A stretch of DNA of 64,000 bases from Flaccisagitta enflata (Eukaryota), in assembly GCA_965153355.1 (NCBI GenBank), contig OZ231126.1, positions 22,878,001 to 22,942,000 on the forward strand, read 5' to 3'. The first letter of the stretch is position 1; the number at the start of each line of letters is the position of its first letter. The notes beneath the pieces are model-generated. The model was given only the letters and a program-made list of their open reading frames with translations, ran no database searches and was not told the DNA's origin. Of the stretch, positions 32,260-44,920 are shown piece after piece. Made by a program: the position numbers and the translations under genes.

Positions 32260-32630
32260 AGGAGGAGGAGGAGGAGGCGGCGGCGGCAGCAGCAATGGAG
32301 GAGGAGGAGGCTATGGCGGAAAAGGAGGAGGCGGCGGCAGGGGAGGAGGAGGCGGCGGTGGTTGTGGGGGAGGAGGCGGCGGCGGCGGCGGAGGAGGATG
32401 AGGAGGTTGAGGAGAGGAGGTGGTGGCAAGGGAGGAGGAATGAGGAGGCAGTGGTGGTTGAGGAGGAGGAGGATGTGGAGGTAGGAGAGAATTTTTTTTT
32501 CACTTTAATAGTGAGGAAGATGTGTACTACACATTGTGTAGCAGCATGGGACGGGGCAACAAAGCTGGTGAGGGCGGCGGTGGCAGGAGGGGGGCTATAA
32601 CAGTGGAGGCAGAGGCGGCGGTGGCAGGTC
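31300..32630. repeat. (CCG/CCT)-rich block and complementary (GGC/GGA)-rich block around an A-rich spacer
   Basis: 31300-32025 C-rich with internal longer repeats; 32026-32190 A-rich; 32190-32630 G-rich. Confidence 0.85.
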
Positions 32631-33083
32631 CACTGTTATTTTTTAGTCAAATTTGAGACAGACCACTGGGAGTCAATGGGTGCTAATACAATGTTCAACA
32701 TGTTCAGGGGGTTCACAACACTTGGCCATTTTTTTCCACCAAGGGTTTGTTCCTGGGATGCGTGGTCCGAGAGGACCAATTTGGGGTCTAAAACACCTGT
32801 TTTAGGTCCAGGAAGTCTAATTTAGTCCAGGAGACCTAAGTTGTGTTTCGGAGGTCCTAATTAGGGTCTAGGAGATCTGAGTATGGTCTGAGAAGCCTGA
32901 TTTGATGTCTAGGGGGCCTGATTTGGGGTCTAAGAAGCCTGATTTAGGGTCTGAGAGGTCCGTTTTGGGGTCAGAGAGGCCTTATCTGAGATTTAAGAGG
33001 TCTGATTTGGGGTCTGAGAGGCCTTATTCAGTGTTTAAGAGGCCTGATTTGGGGTCTGAGTGGCTTGTTTGGGGTCTGGAGGC

Positions 33084-33554
33084 TAGGGTGGTCGGGAAAT
33101 AGGGTCAAATTTCAAAAATTGATATACTCAGTTTTTTTTCATTATTGTACCGAGTAAGAAGGTTTTCCCACAAATAGAGGTCTGAATTAGAAGATTAAAC
33201 TATGGCGGCAATACTATAGACATCCTATGGCAATGAAAAAATCCCCTTAGCAAGCCTATGGTTTTGCCAACAAGGTTTTTAGTCGCGGACATGCGACTCT
33301 ACACCTTGCCGTGTCGGTCAGTAGGTTGGTTGGTAGGTTGGTTAGTAGGTCGGTCGGTCAGTCACATTTTTGAATTCCAAGCAGTTTTTGCATTACTCCT
33401 GCCCAACCGTCCGCGACTGTATTGCCGTGTATCTGGCCTTGTTTTGTTTGATTTCACACCCCAACTTGTGAGAAATCTTTCTTTTTTTGGATATTTGTGC
33501 AAAGGGCCCAAGTATATCAATATATGAAATTTGACCCAATTCCCGACCACCCTA
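33084..33554. mobile_element. hAT MITE containing a HINE family A copy (33276-33443)
   Basis: TIR TAGGGTGGTCGGGAA / TTCCCGACCACCCTA; 8-bp TSD CTGGAGGC (33076-33083, 33555-33562). Confidence 0.9.
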
Positions 33555-34748
33555 CTGGAGGCCTGTTATTAAGCTTGTCGCGGGGGGGGGAGGACGTAGA
33601 TTGGATACCGGAAACCGAAAACCGGAGAAAATCATCCTGTGTTGAATCATAGTTCATCTGCCCCTCTCGGGCCGCTGCCCAAAAAGGGTCAGGTTGATGT
33701 TTCTGTGGAAAACTTTTACCAGTAATTGCGGCTATCGCCGTGAGGAAAAAAGTTGTAAACATTAGCTACTTTCCACTAAGTTTTTTTCTTCAGTCACTGC
33801 AATTTTCTTCATTTGTAAAATCAAATCAGAAGCAATTTAATGTGTTGATTGCCCTGAAAAAATAGGACTGAGCCAAAGGAGCTAAATGAGCTGAAAAACT
33901 CAAAATCACTTACACAGATGACCAACTACGCTCACTCACATGCTTTCTTGTATTTCCATGATCAGACATGAGTAAAATGTTTATTTAGTTATTGCATTTC
34001 AAATCATGAAAAAACTGAGCCACAAAAAATGAGCTAAAATACATGAAAAACACTGTCACAGATGAGTAGCTATGCTCTTAACTTCTTTCTAGTACTTGCA
34101 TACTCACTGCTCAAACAAACATAGGAACACCCTTTTATTGTTCCTACATAAAATCATAAAAAATGGAAAAAGACGCAAATCAATTTTCTCATAAAAAAAT
34201 TTTCATGAAAAAAAATTGTTCATAAAAGGCCGAATACACGTGGACGGTTGGGCAGGAGCAGTGATGCAAAAACGGCTTGGAATTCAAAAATGTGACAGAC
34301 CGACAGACCTACCGACCAACACGCCAAAGATGCAATTGATTGATTGCAAGCCACAACTTCCGATAAGAAATTGACTGAAGTTGAAGGGACCAACAAGTTT
34401 TTTCTGTTACAGGCGGAATTCTGTTATTGCCATCATAACAAAAAAAAAGAAAAAAAAAAGAAAACTTGTTGAAGGGACCATGTATTTACATCTGTTATAG
34501 GCAGAATTCCATTGCTGGGGGGTCTGTTAGAACAGGGTTAAACTGTACCATGTTTCTTTGGAGTATTTCAAGAACTGACTTCAACTTTTTTCCCCGATTA
34601 TTGAAAACCCTTTGGAATATGTCAAAAAGTTGAAACGGACTCTGACGTAGTCATATGATTAAATGCGTTTGGAAAAAGACGTAGTCTGACATGCGGTTCA
34701 TCAGGTGGTGTGCGCATATTATTCCATTGGAGAGCTGGAGTTGGATAA

Positions 34749-34817
34749 TCAAATAACGCCGCAAGTGGTTTTGCACTCATGGAGCCACACTGCCTTTCTT
34801 GCACAGTCTGATACATC
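34749..34817 (-). CDS. Kringle/Cys-rich gene, terminal coding exon (DVSDCARKAVWLHECKTTCGVI*)
   Basis: ttcattaacag| acceptor; phase 0 matches the upstream exon; TGA at 34751-34749. Confidence 0.75.
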   Translation of the reverse strand, partial: DVSDCARKAVWLHECKTTCGVI

Positions 34818-35161
34818 CTGTTAATGAAAGAGACAAGAGAGAGGAGGATCAGGAATTAATTGCCATTAAAGCTCGAAGTGACCAATATGTGTAACTTTTT
34901 TTAGGTGCGACAAAGCATCTCTATAACTGGCTGTGTCCGTTGGTCGGTCGGTTGGTCGGTTGGTCGGTTGGTCTGTCTGTCGGTAACGCATTCGTTCGAC
35001 GATCCACACGTCGCACCTTATTGGCCTACTTGGCCTTATTTTTCAGTTAAGCCGTTGCGACTTTATCTGCCTGTTAGTCAGTTGGTCGTGTCAGGTCAAG
35101 TCGAGTCGGATAAGTCCGTCTGTCCTTCCATCCATACGCGTAACGTATTTAATTTGCTTAC

Positions 35162-35331
35162 ATTACACGGCACGTATACTGGATTTTCCATATGAGGAGG
35201 CATGGTTCTTTCGGGTCTTTCCCCTTTTTTGATTAATTCCTCTCTCCATTCCCGAATGTAGCCTTCGTAATTCGATCCGACATAGCACCATGCCCAGCTG
35301 TTACGCCTTCCGCAATATTTCCAGCATCGTC
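35162..35331 (-). CDS. Kringle/Cys-rich gene exon (GRCWKYCGRRNSWAWCYVGS...YVPCN)
   Basis: cttccttcactcaag| acceptor (phase 1); AAT|gtaagc donor (phase 0); 170 nt open. Confidence 0.7.
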
Positions 35332-35500
35332 CTTGAGTGAAGGAAGAGGCTCTTGAGTGAAGGAAGAGGCTATATCAGTTTTGAGCTGCGGTAGTTCACT
35401 GTTACAAGTTAATTAATCAGTAAAAAGAATTTGACATCTTCAAGCTATGAGAAGATTTATTCTTTTTTTGAGTAATACACATATGATTTGTAGTATAAAC

Positions 35501-35545
35501 AACAGAATATTTCGATGCATATAGACGCACCATCATTCAGCTGTG
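35501..35545 (-). ncRNA. Degenerate minimal type I hammerhead ribozyme in the PLE 3' region
   Basis: CACAG-CTGAATGA-T-GGTGCGT(CTAT)ATGCATC-GAA-ATAT-T-CTGT: stem I, core with one extra nt, 7-bp stem II, GAAA and palindromic stem III, ~140 nt after the PLE stop. Confidence 0.55.
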
Positions 35546-36113
35546 AAACAGAATGAATCTCTGAGAGAGAGACACTCTTTTAAAGACATCAGCCATAATC
35601 CCAGACATTTGGATTGACCAAAAACATCCAAGAAGGGAATTAATCCCCCCTCCCCTCTCCCCGAACAAAGATGTCGATAGTCATAAGGGGGCACCGATTC
35701 CCATCTTTTTTCGAAGCTGAATCAGGAGCGGGTCCCATTGTTCTGTATAAACGCGTCGACCTTCATCCTCATTGAAGCCTTTGCCCGGTCCAGTTTGGTG
35801 GAGTTTGATCATGAATGACTCCATGTAGTCGAGCTTAAAGTCAGCTTGTCTCTTCGAACGAGCGTTGATCGTCGCTAAGATGGTAGGATCGTCGAAGTTA
35901 ACGTTGCCATTAGGACAATTTTCTTTATGTGCTGCGATGCCAGATTTGTCCCATTCTCCCCGACGAATATAACCTTTATGTTCTGCCATGCGAGATTGAG
36001 CCTTTCTTATGGGTTTTCCAATGTAAGCGTTGTTGGGGTCATTTTTGCAGTCACAGTTGAGCTTATATATCAGTTGACGTGGTGGAAATTTTGTCTTATC
36101 TTTGCTGCATAAT

Positions 36114-36943
36114 CGGGAAAAAAGTCGAAGTCAGTCTTCGACTTTTTGACATATTCGAGAGAAACAGGGTTTTCATTTTCTTATGCGGAAGTTGAGCATC
36201 TCCACCAACCGATTGGGGCCTCCAATGAAATTGATAGGGTAAGTAAATTTGATAATTCTCTTTCATTTGGCGCCAAGCAGAATGCTCTACGACAAATATT
36301 TTTTGCGTTATGATTTTTTAAAGATTTATTTATGAAAAATTTGAATGAAATTTTTTTTGATTTTTTACGATTTTGTGTAGGATCAATAAAAGAGTGTATT
36401 TATGTTTGTTTGAGCATGCAAATACAAGAAAACATGTTTATGAGCACAGCTGCTCATCTGTGAGGGCGTTTTTGAGCATTTCAGCTCATTTAGCTAACTT
36501 AGCTCAGTCTGTTCTTTCTGATTTCAAATATGATAAATGAATGAATATTTTTAAACTTGTTTAAGCAAGCAAATAAAAAAACATATCAGTGAGCAGAGCT
36601 GCTCATCTGTGAAGGCGTTTTCAAGTATTCTAGCTCATTTAGCTCATTTAGCTTGTGCTTTTTCTCTGATTTTAAACAGGATAAATAAATTAATGTTTTG
36701 ATTTAAGCATGCAAATACAAGAAAGCATGTCAGTGAGCAAAGCTGGTTGTCTGGTTGAATCATTTTGATTATTTTAGCTCATCTAGCTCATTTGGCTCAG
36801 TCCTATTTTTCTCTGATTTGCAGTGCAGTCAATACATACAATTGCTTTTGATTTGATCTAATAAAATTTCAGTGACTGACGATGGTGAAAAGTGACCAAT
36901 GCTTACGACTTTTTTCCTCATGGCGACAGCCGCCATTACTGGT
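36114..36943 (+). mobile_element. HINE family B inserted in the PLE ORF
   Basis: Removing it restores the PLE frame (SLQNI-LCSKDKT); subTIR and hairpin ends; no clear TSD. Confidence 0.8.
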
Positions 36944-37203
36944 ATATTTTGTAAACTTGTTCCTGGAGTAAAGATGACCGAAAATCCTGCTTTGTTAAGG
37001 ATGCGACGTAATGCTGGAGAGAGTCTGGGAATGTATGGGAGAATTATTTGTTGTTTTCGTTGTTGTTGGGATTGTTGTTGACATTGTTGTTGAGACTGTT
37101 GTTGGGACTGTTGTTGGGACTGTTGTTGAGATTCTTGTTGCGATTGTTGTTGTTGTTGCTGTTGTTGCAATGGCGGAGGTTGTTGTTGTTGAGATGGTGA
37201 AGG

Positions 37204-37274
<71 letters not shown>

Positions 37275-38108
37275 GCTGTTGTTGTTGTTGTTGTTGGCGT
37301 CCTTGTCTAGCAGCAGTGTTTCTGAGCGAATATCGCGGTTCATCATCCGTTTCGTTTGATGGATGAGGAAGAGGAGAAGGAGGAGGAGGGGGAGGAGGAC
37401 ACGGCGGTGGCGGCGGTGGTAGAGGAGGAGCGTTTTGAGGCGGAGGAGGAGCTGATGGAGGAGGAGATAATTATGGAGGCTTGTATGAGTCCGCGATTTT
37501 TTTCAAGGTAAGACGATTGTGTCCATTGTCCTCCCATATATCAATGAGGCAATTGACTTCTTCTTGGAGTAATTCGGCCGATGAACAGATTCTGTGGGCT
37601 CTGCAAAGAAATCCTTTGAACGTCCCAATCACTGAGTTGGAGTCTTGAAACGATCGGGGATTGATCATGAGATTTGTATCTGATGGTTTGCAATATACAG
37701 TGGTCGCGAGACGTCCATTGTCCAGTCTTCTTATTTGACAATCCAGGAATGCAATGCTTTTTTCTTTCTCATATTCAATGGACAGGAGAGGTAATCCTCG
37801 ACGACTTTGAGACCAGTTAATGGTTGGCGACGGAAGATGGCGAAGATGTCGTCGACATATTTCTTGATGAATTTTGGCAGACATAGATTTTTGCGAGTGG
37901 CAATTTCTGATGCTTGCTCGAGAGTGTGCGTCATCCAGAAGTCCGCGACGGTGGTCATGAGAGAGAGGCCAATTGAGCCTGAGTCATTGGCGGAATACGT
38001 TGTCCCATTAAAGACGAATTGAGACGTGGTGAGGCAAAGGTTTAGTAGGTTTTCGATATCATCTGGCGTGAGCTTGGTGCGTTGACTGAGAGTATCGTTG
38101 TTCCTGAC

Positions 38109-38316
38109 TTTTTAGTCGCGTGCTACGCGACTCTACAACCCGCTTTGTCGGTCCGTCCGTCGGTCCGTCGGTCCGTCCGTCCGTCCGTCACACTTTACTT
38201 TTTTGGGGTTTTTGCGGTTTTTGGCCTCACTGCTCCTGCCCAAATGATCAAGTGACCTCAAATATGGCCCCTGCCCACCCGCACGCGACTGGGATAGCCG
38301 TGTATCCGGCCTTGTT
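38109..38316 (+). mobile_element. HINE family A inserted at TT in the PLE RT
   Basis: Removing it restores QIIME-VRNNDTL; AGTCGCGTG..CACGCGACT subTIRs and (GTCC)n. Confidence 0.8.
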
Positions 38317-39034
38317 CCATGATAATTTGAATGCACTCTTGGAGAGGTATGAATGGGTAGAGGGCGGTGGCGTCGTATGAGACTAGAATGTCATCTTCAC
38401 TTAGAATTATGTTTTTGAGAGCGGCGGAGTTTTTTACGTTGTATGGGCAGTTGGCATTAACAGGTTTAAGTATGCGAATGAGTTCTTTAGCTACTGGTTC
38501 TTGAGGGTATCCCACATGACTTACTACATTTCTGCCAGGGTATCCCTTTTCCGGTTTGTGAGCTTTGATTGAAGTCCATGCGGCAGGAGGATTCGGGTCG
38601 GCTTGTTTGAGATTCACAGCTTCTTTTTTTGTTAATTCATTTTCTTCCACTAATTTGTTGATGGCAGCGTTTATGTTTTTTTGAAGCTCTTTTGTCTTGT
38701 CCGCGATGTTGGCTGTGACGTTGTCCATGGCGTCGATTGTTTTTTGTTTGTAATTATTGATTTTTTCTACAGCAAATCCTTTACCTTTATCATATGGGGC
38801 TGCAGTGACGTTATCGCGTTTTTTGAATGTGTGAAGGCCTTTTCGTTGGGAGTATGTGAGGTTGGATTTCGGTTTTTGGTCGTGGTTGATCAAAGTGTTG
38901 ACGACGTCGTGGCGTGTCTTTTTGGCGAGATCCGCGTTGCCGCTGTATTCAAGATTTGACATAGATGCAATTTCGAGGTATGGAATTTCTTTGGGAGTCA
39001 CTCTAAACTGAGGGCCGAGAAAGAGGAGATCTAT

Positions 39035-39100
39035 TTCTTTCTTTCTCTCTTTCTCCCTTTCTTTCTTTCTTTCTTTCTTTCTCTCTTTCTCCCTTTCTTC

Positions 39101-39143
<43 letters not shown>

Positions 39144-39206
39144 TTTTTTCTCTTTCTCTCTTTCTTTCTTTCTTTCTTTCTTTTTTTCTTTCTTTCTTTC
39201 TTTCTC

Positions 39207-39270
<64 letters not shown>

Positions 39271-39301
39271 TTTTCTTTCTCTCTTTCTCCCTTTCTTTCT
39301 C

Positions 39302-39373
<72 letters not shown>

Positions 39374-39525
39374 TTTTTTTTTCTCTTTCTTTCTTTCTTC
39401 CTCTCTTTCTTTTATTTTCTTCATTTTTTCCTTTATCTTCTTTCTTTCCTTTCTTTCTTTCTTTCCTTTTTCCTTTTCTTTTTCTTCCTTTCTTTCTCTC
39501 TCTTTCTTTCTTTTTTTCTTTCTCT

Positions 39526-39558
<33 letters not shown>

Positions 39559-39645
39559 TTTCTTTCCTTTCTTTTCTTTCTTTCTTTTTTTCTTTCTTTC
39601 TTTCTTTTTCTTTCTTTCATTCTTTTTCTTTTTCTTTTTTTCTTA
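39035..39645. repeat. (TTTC)n degenerate microsatellite abutting the PLE 5' end
   Basis: Directly visible. Confidence 0.95.
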
Positions 39646-39719
39646 CTGTCTTTGTTTGTTTGTTTGTTTGTTTGTTTGTTTATTTGTTTGTCTGTATGTT
39701 TGTTTGTATCTTTTTATGT

Positions 39720-39778
<59 letters not shown>

Positions 39779-41059
39779 GAGACAGAATGAAAATCAAAAC
39801 GCGATCTGGTGGAAGGACAAGAAAAGCTATCACTGGGTCAATATCAAGCCCCATAGCGTTCTTGTCTTTGTAACCTGATCTTGCTTATCCAATGAGAGAT
39901 TAATTGTGTTCCTTACTCCATAGCTCAACGCTAAATGCCACACCATCGCGGTAGGGTTATGGCTAGTGCCATATCTCCGCTTTAGACCATTTGTGCCATT
40001 TGTTTTATTTCTTTCTTTTGCTACATTTAGACTTAAAGCTGCAAATAGACTCCACAAATCATAAAAAAACAGGTGACATAAAAGAAGCCCTTTAAATCTG
40101 CAAGCAGTCTATGCGACTCTACACCCCGCTATGTCGGTCCGTCGGTTGGTTGGTTGGTTGGTCGGTTCGTAGGTCGGTCCCCTTTTTGAGCGGCGGCCCC
40201 AGAGGGCCGATGTCCTGAAGAACACAGGGGGGAATTTCCAGACGTCCGTCCGTCCTCCCGTCCATCCCCCTCCCCCCCGAAACCCTCAATTTAGCCCTTC
40301 AGGCCTCAAATCTGCCCTCCAGACCTTCAATTAGCCCTCCAAGCATCAAATCAGCCCTACGTGGCTCAAATTTGCCTTTCAAACCTCAAATCTGCTCTCC
40401 AGGCCCTAATTCTGCCCTCCAGCCTTCAAATCTGCCTTCAGTGGCCTAATTCAGTCATGTAAGGCCTGAAATATGCCCCCTCAGGACGTCTGGAAATTCC
40501 CCCCTGTGTTCTACAGGACATCGGCCCTTTGGGGCCGCTGCCCTGCTCTCCCTCCACTTCTTCACTGGATCACTCCCAGCAGGGCATCAGATACCGCTGA
40601 CCATGAGCAATCCTTGGATGACCAGTTACTTTTTTGGCGTTTTTGAGCTTTTTGAGCCTACTGCTCCTGGCCAAACACTCTGGTGATCTTCTTCAGCAGT
40701 GCTCCTGCCCACCCGCACGCAACTGAGGTTTGCCGTGTACCCGGCCTTGTTTTCAGATCAGGCGCATATAATCAGAGATATTTGTTAAAACGTGAGTACA
40801 GATTTCTTTTTCCAAGATAGTACAAAGTATTTATCAAATCATATTTTTTTATCATTTTTCATCTTTTCAATACTTTGTCTTGTATTCAAACGAAGCAATT
40901 GACCATAATTAAAGGAGATTTACTTCAAGGGCCCAAAAAATTAGACCTAAAAAGTCTAGTCACTGTTAAAGCAGAGGGTGTTGACGAGGGTTTTTTTAGC
41001 ATTACAAAAGACTGAATAGATTTGGGACTCAGATATCTTGTCCTCTAATGGCGGGGTAC

Positions 41060-41317
41060 CTGTCCAGCCGTTTTTGTGGAATTTTGGATGCACGACACAT
41101 CCATAATATGGATCCCCCCATCCAAATGTTATTTTGCATAACGGAACCCAATTCCATTTGACAAAATGGACACATCCACTGAAAGGGTCATTCTTACAGA
41201 CCCTATGCCATTTTGGCCCTTTGCCGTACTTCTTGTACTCCTTGTAATTGATGAATTGTTCTTGGTCAATGCTATTTCCGCTGCATGGCGCATCTGACGT
41301 TGCATCCGAGGGTGAAC
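41060..41317 (-). CDS. Kringle/Cys-rich gene exon (GSPSDATSDAPCSGN...CKITFGWGDPYYGCVVHPKFHKNGWT)
   Basis: ccctctcag| acceptor; ACAG|gtaccc donor; 258 nt, phase 1-1, fully open, Cys/Trp-rich. Confidence 0.75.
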
Positions 41318-42003
41318 CTGAGAGGGATTATTGCTCTCGATTTAGGGGCCGTGGCGACCCACCCCATTTCGGGTCGTGGCCAGGGCGTTAGAAAGTGGCC
41401 AATCACGTAAGTGGCGCTCGTAGGAAGCAAGGAGGGCCAGTAGGAAGGAAAGAGGAGGAAAAGAAGGGGAGAGGAAAAAAAGAGAAAAAAGAAAAAAGAG
41501 GAAGAAAAAAGAAAGGAAAACGAGGAGAAGGGAAAGAGAAATAAAAATAAAGAAGAGAAAAAGAGAAAAAGGTGTTATAAAAGAAGGGAGGGAAATTATT
41601 GGGAAGAGAATGAGATGGAGGTGAAAAGATGAAAAAAACATACGTGTGGATCACCATTTTAGAGAGGCAAAAGAACTCCCCAATTCCCTTGCATGAAAAA
41701 AGTCTCTAATCATTTTCTACATCATTTTTAGTATTACAGGTAAACTTTGCAATAATGGACCCAAGAGTAACGGAAACCCAGCAGTAGCAGAAAGACTTCA
41801 TTGGTCCCTGCTTTCTTCCTTCTATTTCTTTGTAAAAAAAATTCCGTTAGAACCGGAAACGTCTGTATCAAAGAGCGGTCTGAAGGTCGGAAATTCCTAG
41901 GCCATTAACGGAAAATCGACATTCATCAATGGCAATCTCTGCAAAGCAAGTGGTGAAATTGTCGGGAATCAATAGACTTTGCCGTCGCGAAATAAGGGAG
42001 AGG

Positions 42004-42515
<512 letters not shown>

Positions 42516-42957
42516 CGTTTTGATTGAATAAATGAATGAGTGAATGAATGAATGAATACTTGAATGAATACTTGAATGAATGAATGAATGCATGAATGAA
42601 TGAACGACTGAATTAAAATAAGAATGTGACATCGAAATTATCTGTGATTTGTGGCACGGATGGACCGACCGACGGACGGACCAAAAAGTGGCTGATAGAG
42701 TCGCGTAGCACGCTTCTAAAAAAAATTCTAGATGAATTCGTCTCTTTAACGTGATTCAAAGCATCGGCTCATCAGAGCATCTCCAATTGGAGAATTGGAG
42801 TAAGCTTCAGTGAAATGGGTCCCTGTCGTATGAATATTTTCAACTACCCATGGCTTATCACCTATTTATTACCATCATTGCTTCCCATATAATCTGCTTA
42901 GTTCATCTGTCCATCCGTCGGTTGGTCGCCCGCTCCTGCCCAAATGGTCTAGTGGTA

Positions 42958-43542
42958 CCGGGTCATCGGATTCTGTTAAGCTTTTACTCCTTGATGCTAA
43001 GAGATATGGATTTGAAATTGATCAAGTCTTAAAAAGTATAGATTGAAATTTTTTGTATCAAAATTTTAGCGATTATGGTCGAGTAGTTTGTCTTTTATAC
43101 AAATTTGAAGTGCAACAAGTATTTTCCCATCTTAAAGATTTTCCATTAGAAATAAGGAATTCTGCTTGCCTTTATTTTCAATTTCTTTTTCACTATTCAT
43201 ATCATAGAAACAAGATTGATCTGAAATGAAAGATAAACTGACTACTTCAAAATTTTCCCTGATTAAAGCCTTTTTGTATTGATGGCGTATATGATTCAAA
43301 AAGAATTGCAATGTTAAATTGCACAGTTCCTGGAATTTATTGGAAAATCTGCTCAGTCCTGAAATGAAAGCTTTTACTTCAAATTCACGTTGAAGACAAA
43401 CTAATTGACCAAAATGGACGAAATTTTGACACAAAAAATTTCAATATATACTTTTTAAGACTGGATCAATTTCAAATACATGACATTTAGCACCTGTGAG
43501 TAAAAGCTTAACAGAATCCGACAACTCAGCTGGATGACCCGG
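42958..43542. mobile_element. TA-flanked MITE (Tc1/mariner-like)
   Basis: TA|CCGGGTCATC..GGATTCTGTTAAGCTTTTACTC ... GAGTAAAAGCTTAACAGAATCC..GATGACCCGG|TA. Confidence 0.75.
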
Positions 43543-44100
43543 TAGATGCATATCCAGCCTTTTGTAAAGTGATGTGCTCGGTCTTCCTGCATTAGTTCTT
43601 CAGTTTTTCTTTGCTTGATTATGATCAAGTATGGTAAAATTAGCATCACCGGAATTCGGAAAAACCGGAAAAAAACAACTAGTCTCTTGAAATCCGTTAT
43701 TGCGGGGTTCCATTGTACGTTCAAAATCAAAGAGGATAAAAATGAAGCAGTTCTTTTATCTAAAGCTCTAAACATAAATCAGTTCTATTATTTTTGTGGG
43801 TCTACTCTTTTGAAAAATGCCAATCATATTGCATGATTGTTACTATCTAGAAAAAAAAAATACGGACAGCTGGAGAAAAGTTAGCCTTTTCATTCACTGA
43901 ATGAAAAATATGTTCTAATAAATCAATTATCAGTCATTTTATGGTATTTTGAACTATCAAGTGTCTCTGTTTCGAGTTTCTGTTGGATTGGTCTACGAAT
44001 TTTTAACTTAAATTGAGTATCCCGAAATTCGTATTAAGCAACAAAAACACCATGAAATGAGTTTGGTTTTTTATTGATATTAAATAATTTTATAGTGATA

Positions 44101-44920
44101 CAGTTAAGCTTCACTAGAAGGCATCTCAAGGGACCGGTTGATTTCATGCCTTCAAGGCGGGGTGCCTTATAGCCAAGCATGTACATTTAAGCACCATACT
44201 GAATATAAAAGGCTCAAATATGCTTATCTTTTGTTTTGATTCACAATCAAATAGGCATAGATGGATACTTTGAAGTGACAACAAAATATATTTGGATCTT
44301 CCTTTACTTTTTTGCAAAAAGTAAACAGTTTCACCATTATCATTATTCATTTACAAGCTCGCCACCTAATTTACCATGAATAAGACCAGACTGATTTTGA
44401 AACTTGTATGGAATTGACTATTCTTAGACCTTTTGCTCTAATAACATTCAGTGGTTGAAAATGTCATTCAGACATTAACATTTCATCATCGATCTCCTAT
44501 TGGCATGGATTCATCGGCTAATCGACTTTCACTCCTCTTCTTCTTCATCATCTCCCTCCTCTCTCTTCACTTGCTCTTTTCATCATCGGTATACCTCTTC
44601 ATCGGCATTGGTATTCCTCTTCATCATCATTATCGCTCTCAACAGTATTTCTTCTCCCTCCTTTGCCTTATCTTCCACACTCAGCTTATCCACCTTCTCA
44701 TCCTTAATACACTTTGTTTTCAGATGCCTTCAAAGCGAGCCAAATATTCACCAAAAACCCCATTTTTCATGCGCAATAGTGAAATTTGCCTAATAGACGG
44801 GTGCCTTATATGCGGGGCTTATCAACAAAGGAATTAAGAGAAAAAAGTTAGGACTTTTCAAATCATGCCTTGATGCGAGGGATGCCTTATTTGCGGGTGC
44901 GCTCTAGTGAAGCTCGACTG
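44101..44920 (+). mobile_element. Tc1/mariner (pogo-like) deletion derivative
   Basis: TA|CAGTTAAGCTTCACTAGA ... TCTAGTGAAGCTCGACTG|TA; internal ttttcag|ATG reading MPSKRAKYS resembles a pogo-type transposase start. Confidence 0.7.

Larger units (their letters stand above)
27644..32764. mobile_element. 5.1-kb non-autonomous CAC...GTG element with 4-bp TSD GTCC (Chapaev/CMC-like)
   Basis: ~65-bp TIRs CACGCATCCCAGGAACAAACCC... / ...GGGTTTGTTCCTGGGATGCGTG; GTCC at 27640-27643 and 32765-32768; no transposase ORF seen. Confidence 0.85.
27500..33685 (-). mobile_element. Family C element (GGGCAGCGGCC inverted repeats, 21-bp internal tandem repeats) expanded by nested insertions
   Basis: Inverted repeat pair at ~27577-27630 and ~33628-33680; 21-bp GAGGCCTGATTTGGGGTCTGA repeats at 32770-33080; related copies at ~12355-13490, 40183-40627, 51245-51745 and 56698-57297. 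Confidence 0.65.
35450..39035 (-). mobile_element. Penelope-like retroelement (RT + GIY-YIG), degenerate, apparently 5'-truncated, intronic
   Basis: LLFLGPQFRVTP; IKAHKPEKGYPGRNVVS; LVSYDATALY; GSIGLSL; YVDDIF; AFLD; TTVYCKPSDT; LPYIP; IYKLNCDC..AYIGK..RMAEH; SGIAAH; stop at 35681. Frameshift, a stop codon and two HINE insertions (36114-36943, 38109-38316) disrupt it; outer boundaries approximate. Confidence 0.92.

Noticed and set aside
39780-40040. Possible extra exon of the kringle gene (ttgcag| acceptor near 40039)
   Set aside because: No donor gives a phase compatible with the next exon and there is no recognisable motif; skipping it yields the continuous YGC...GRCW pattern.
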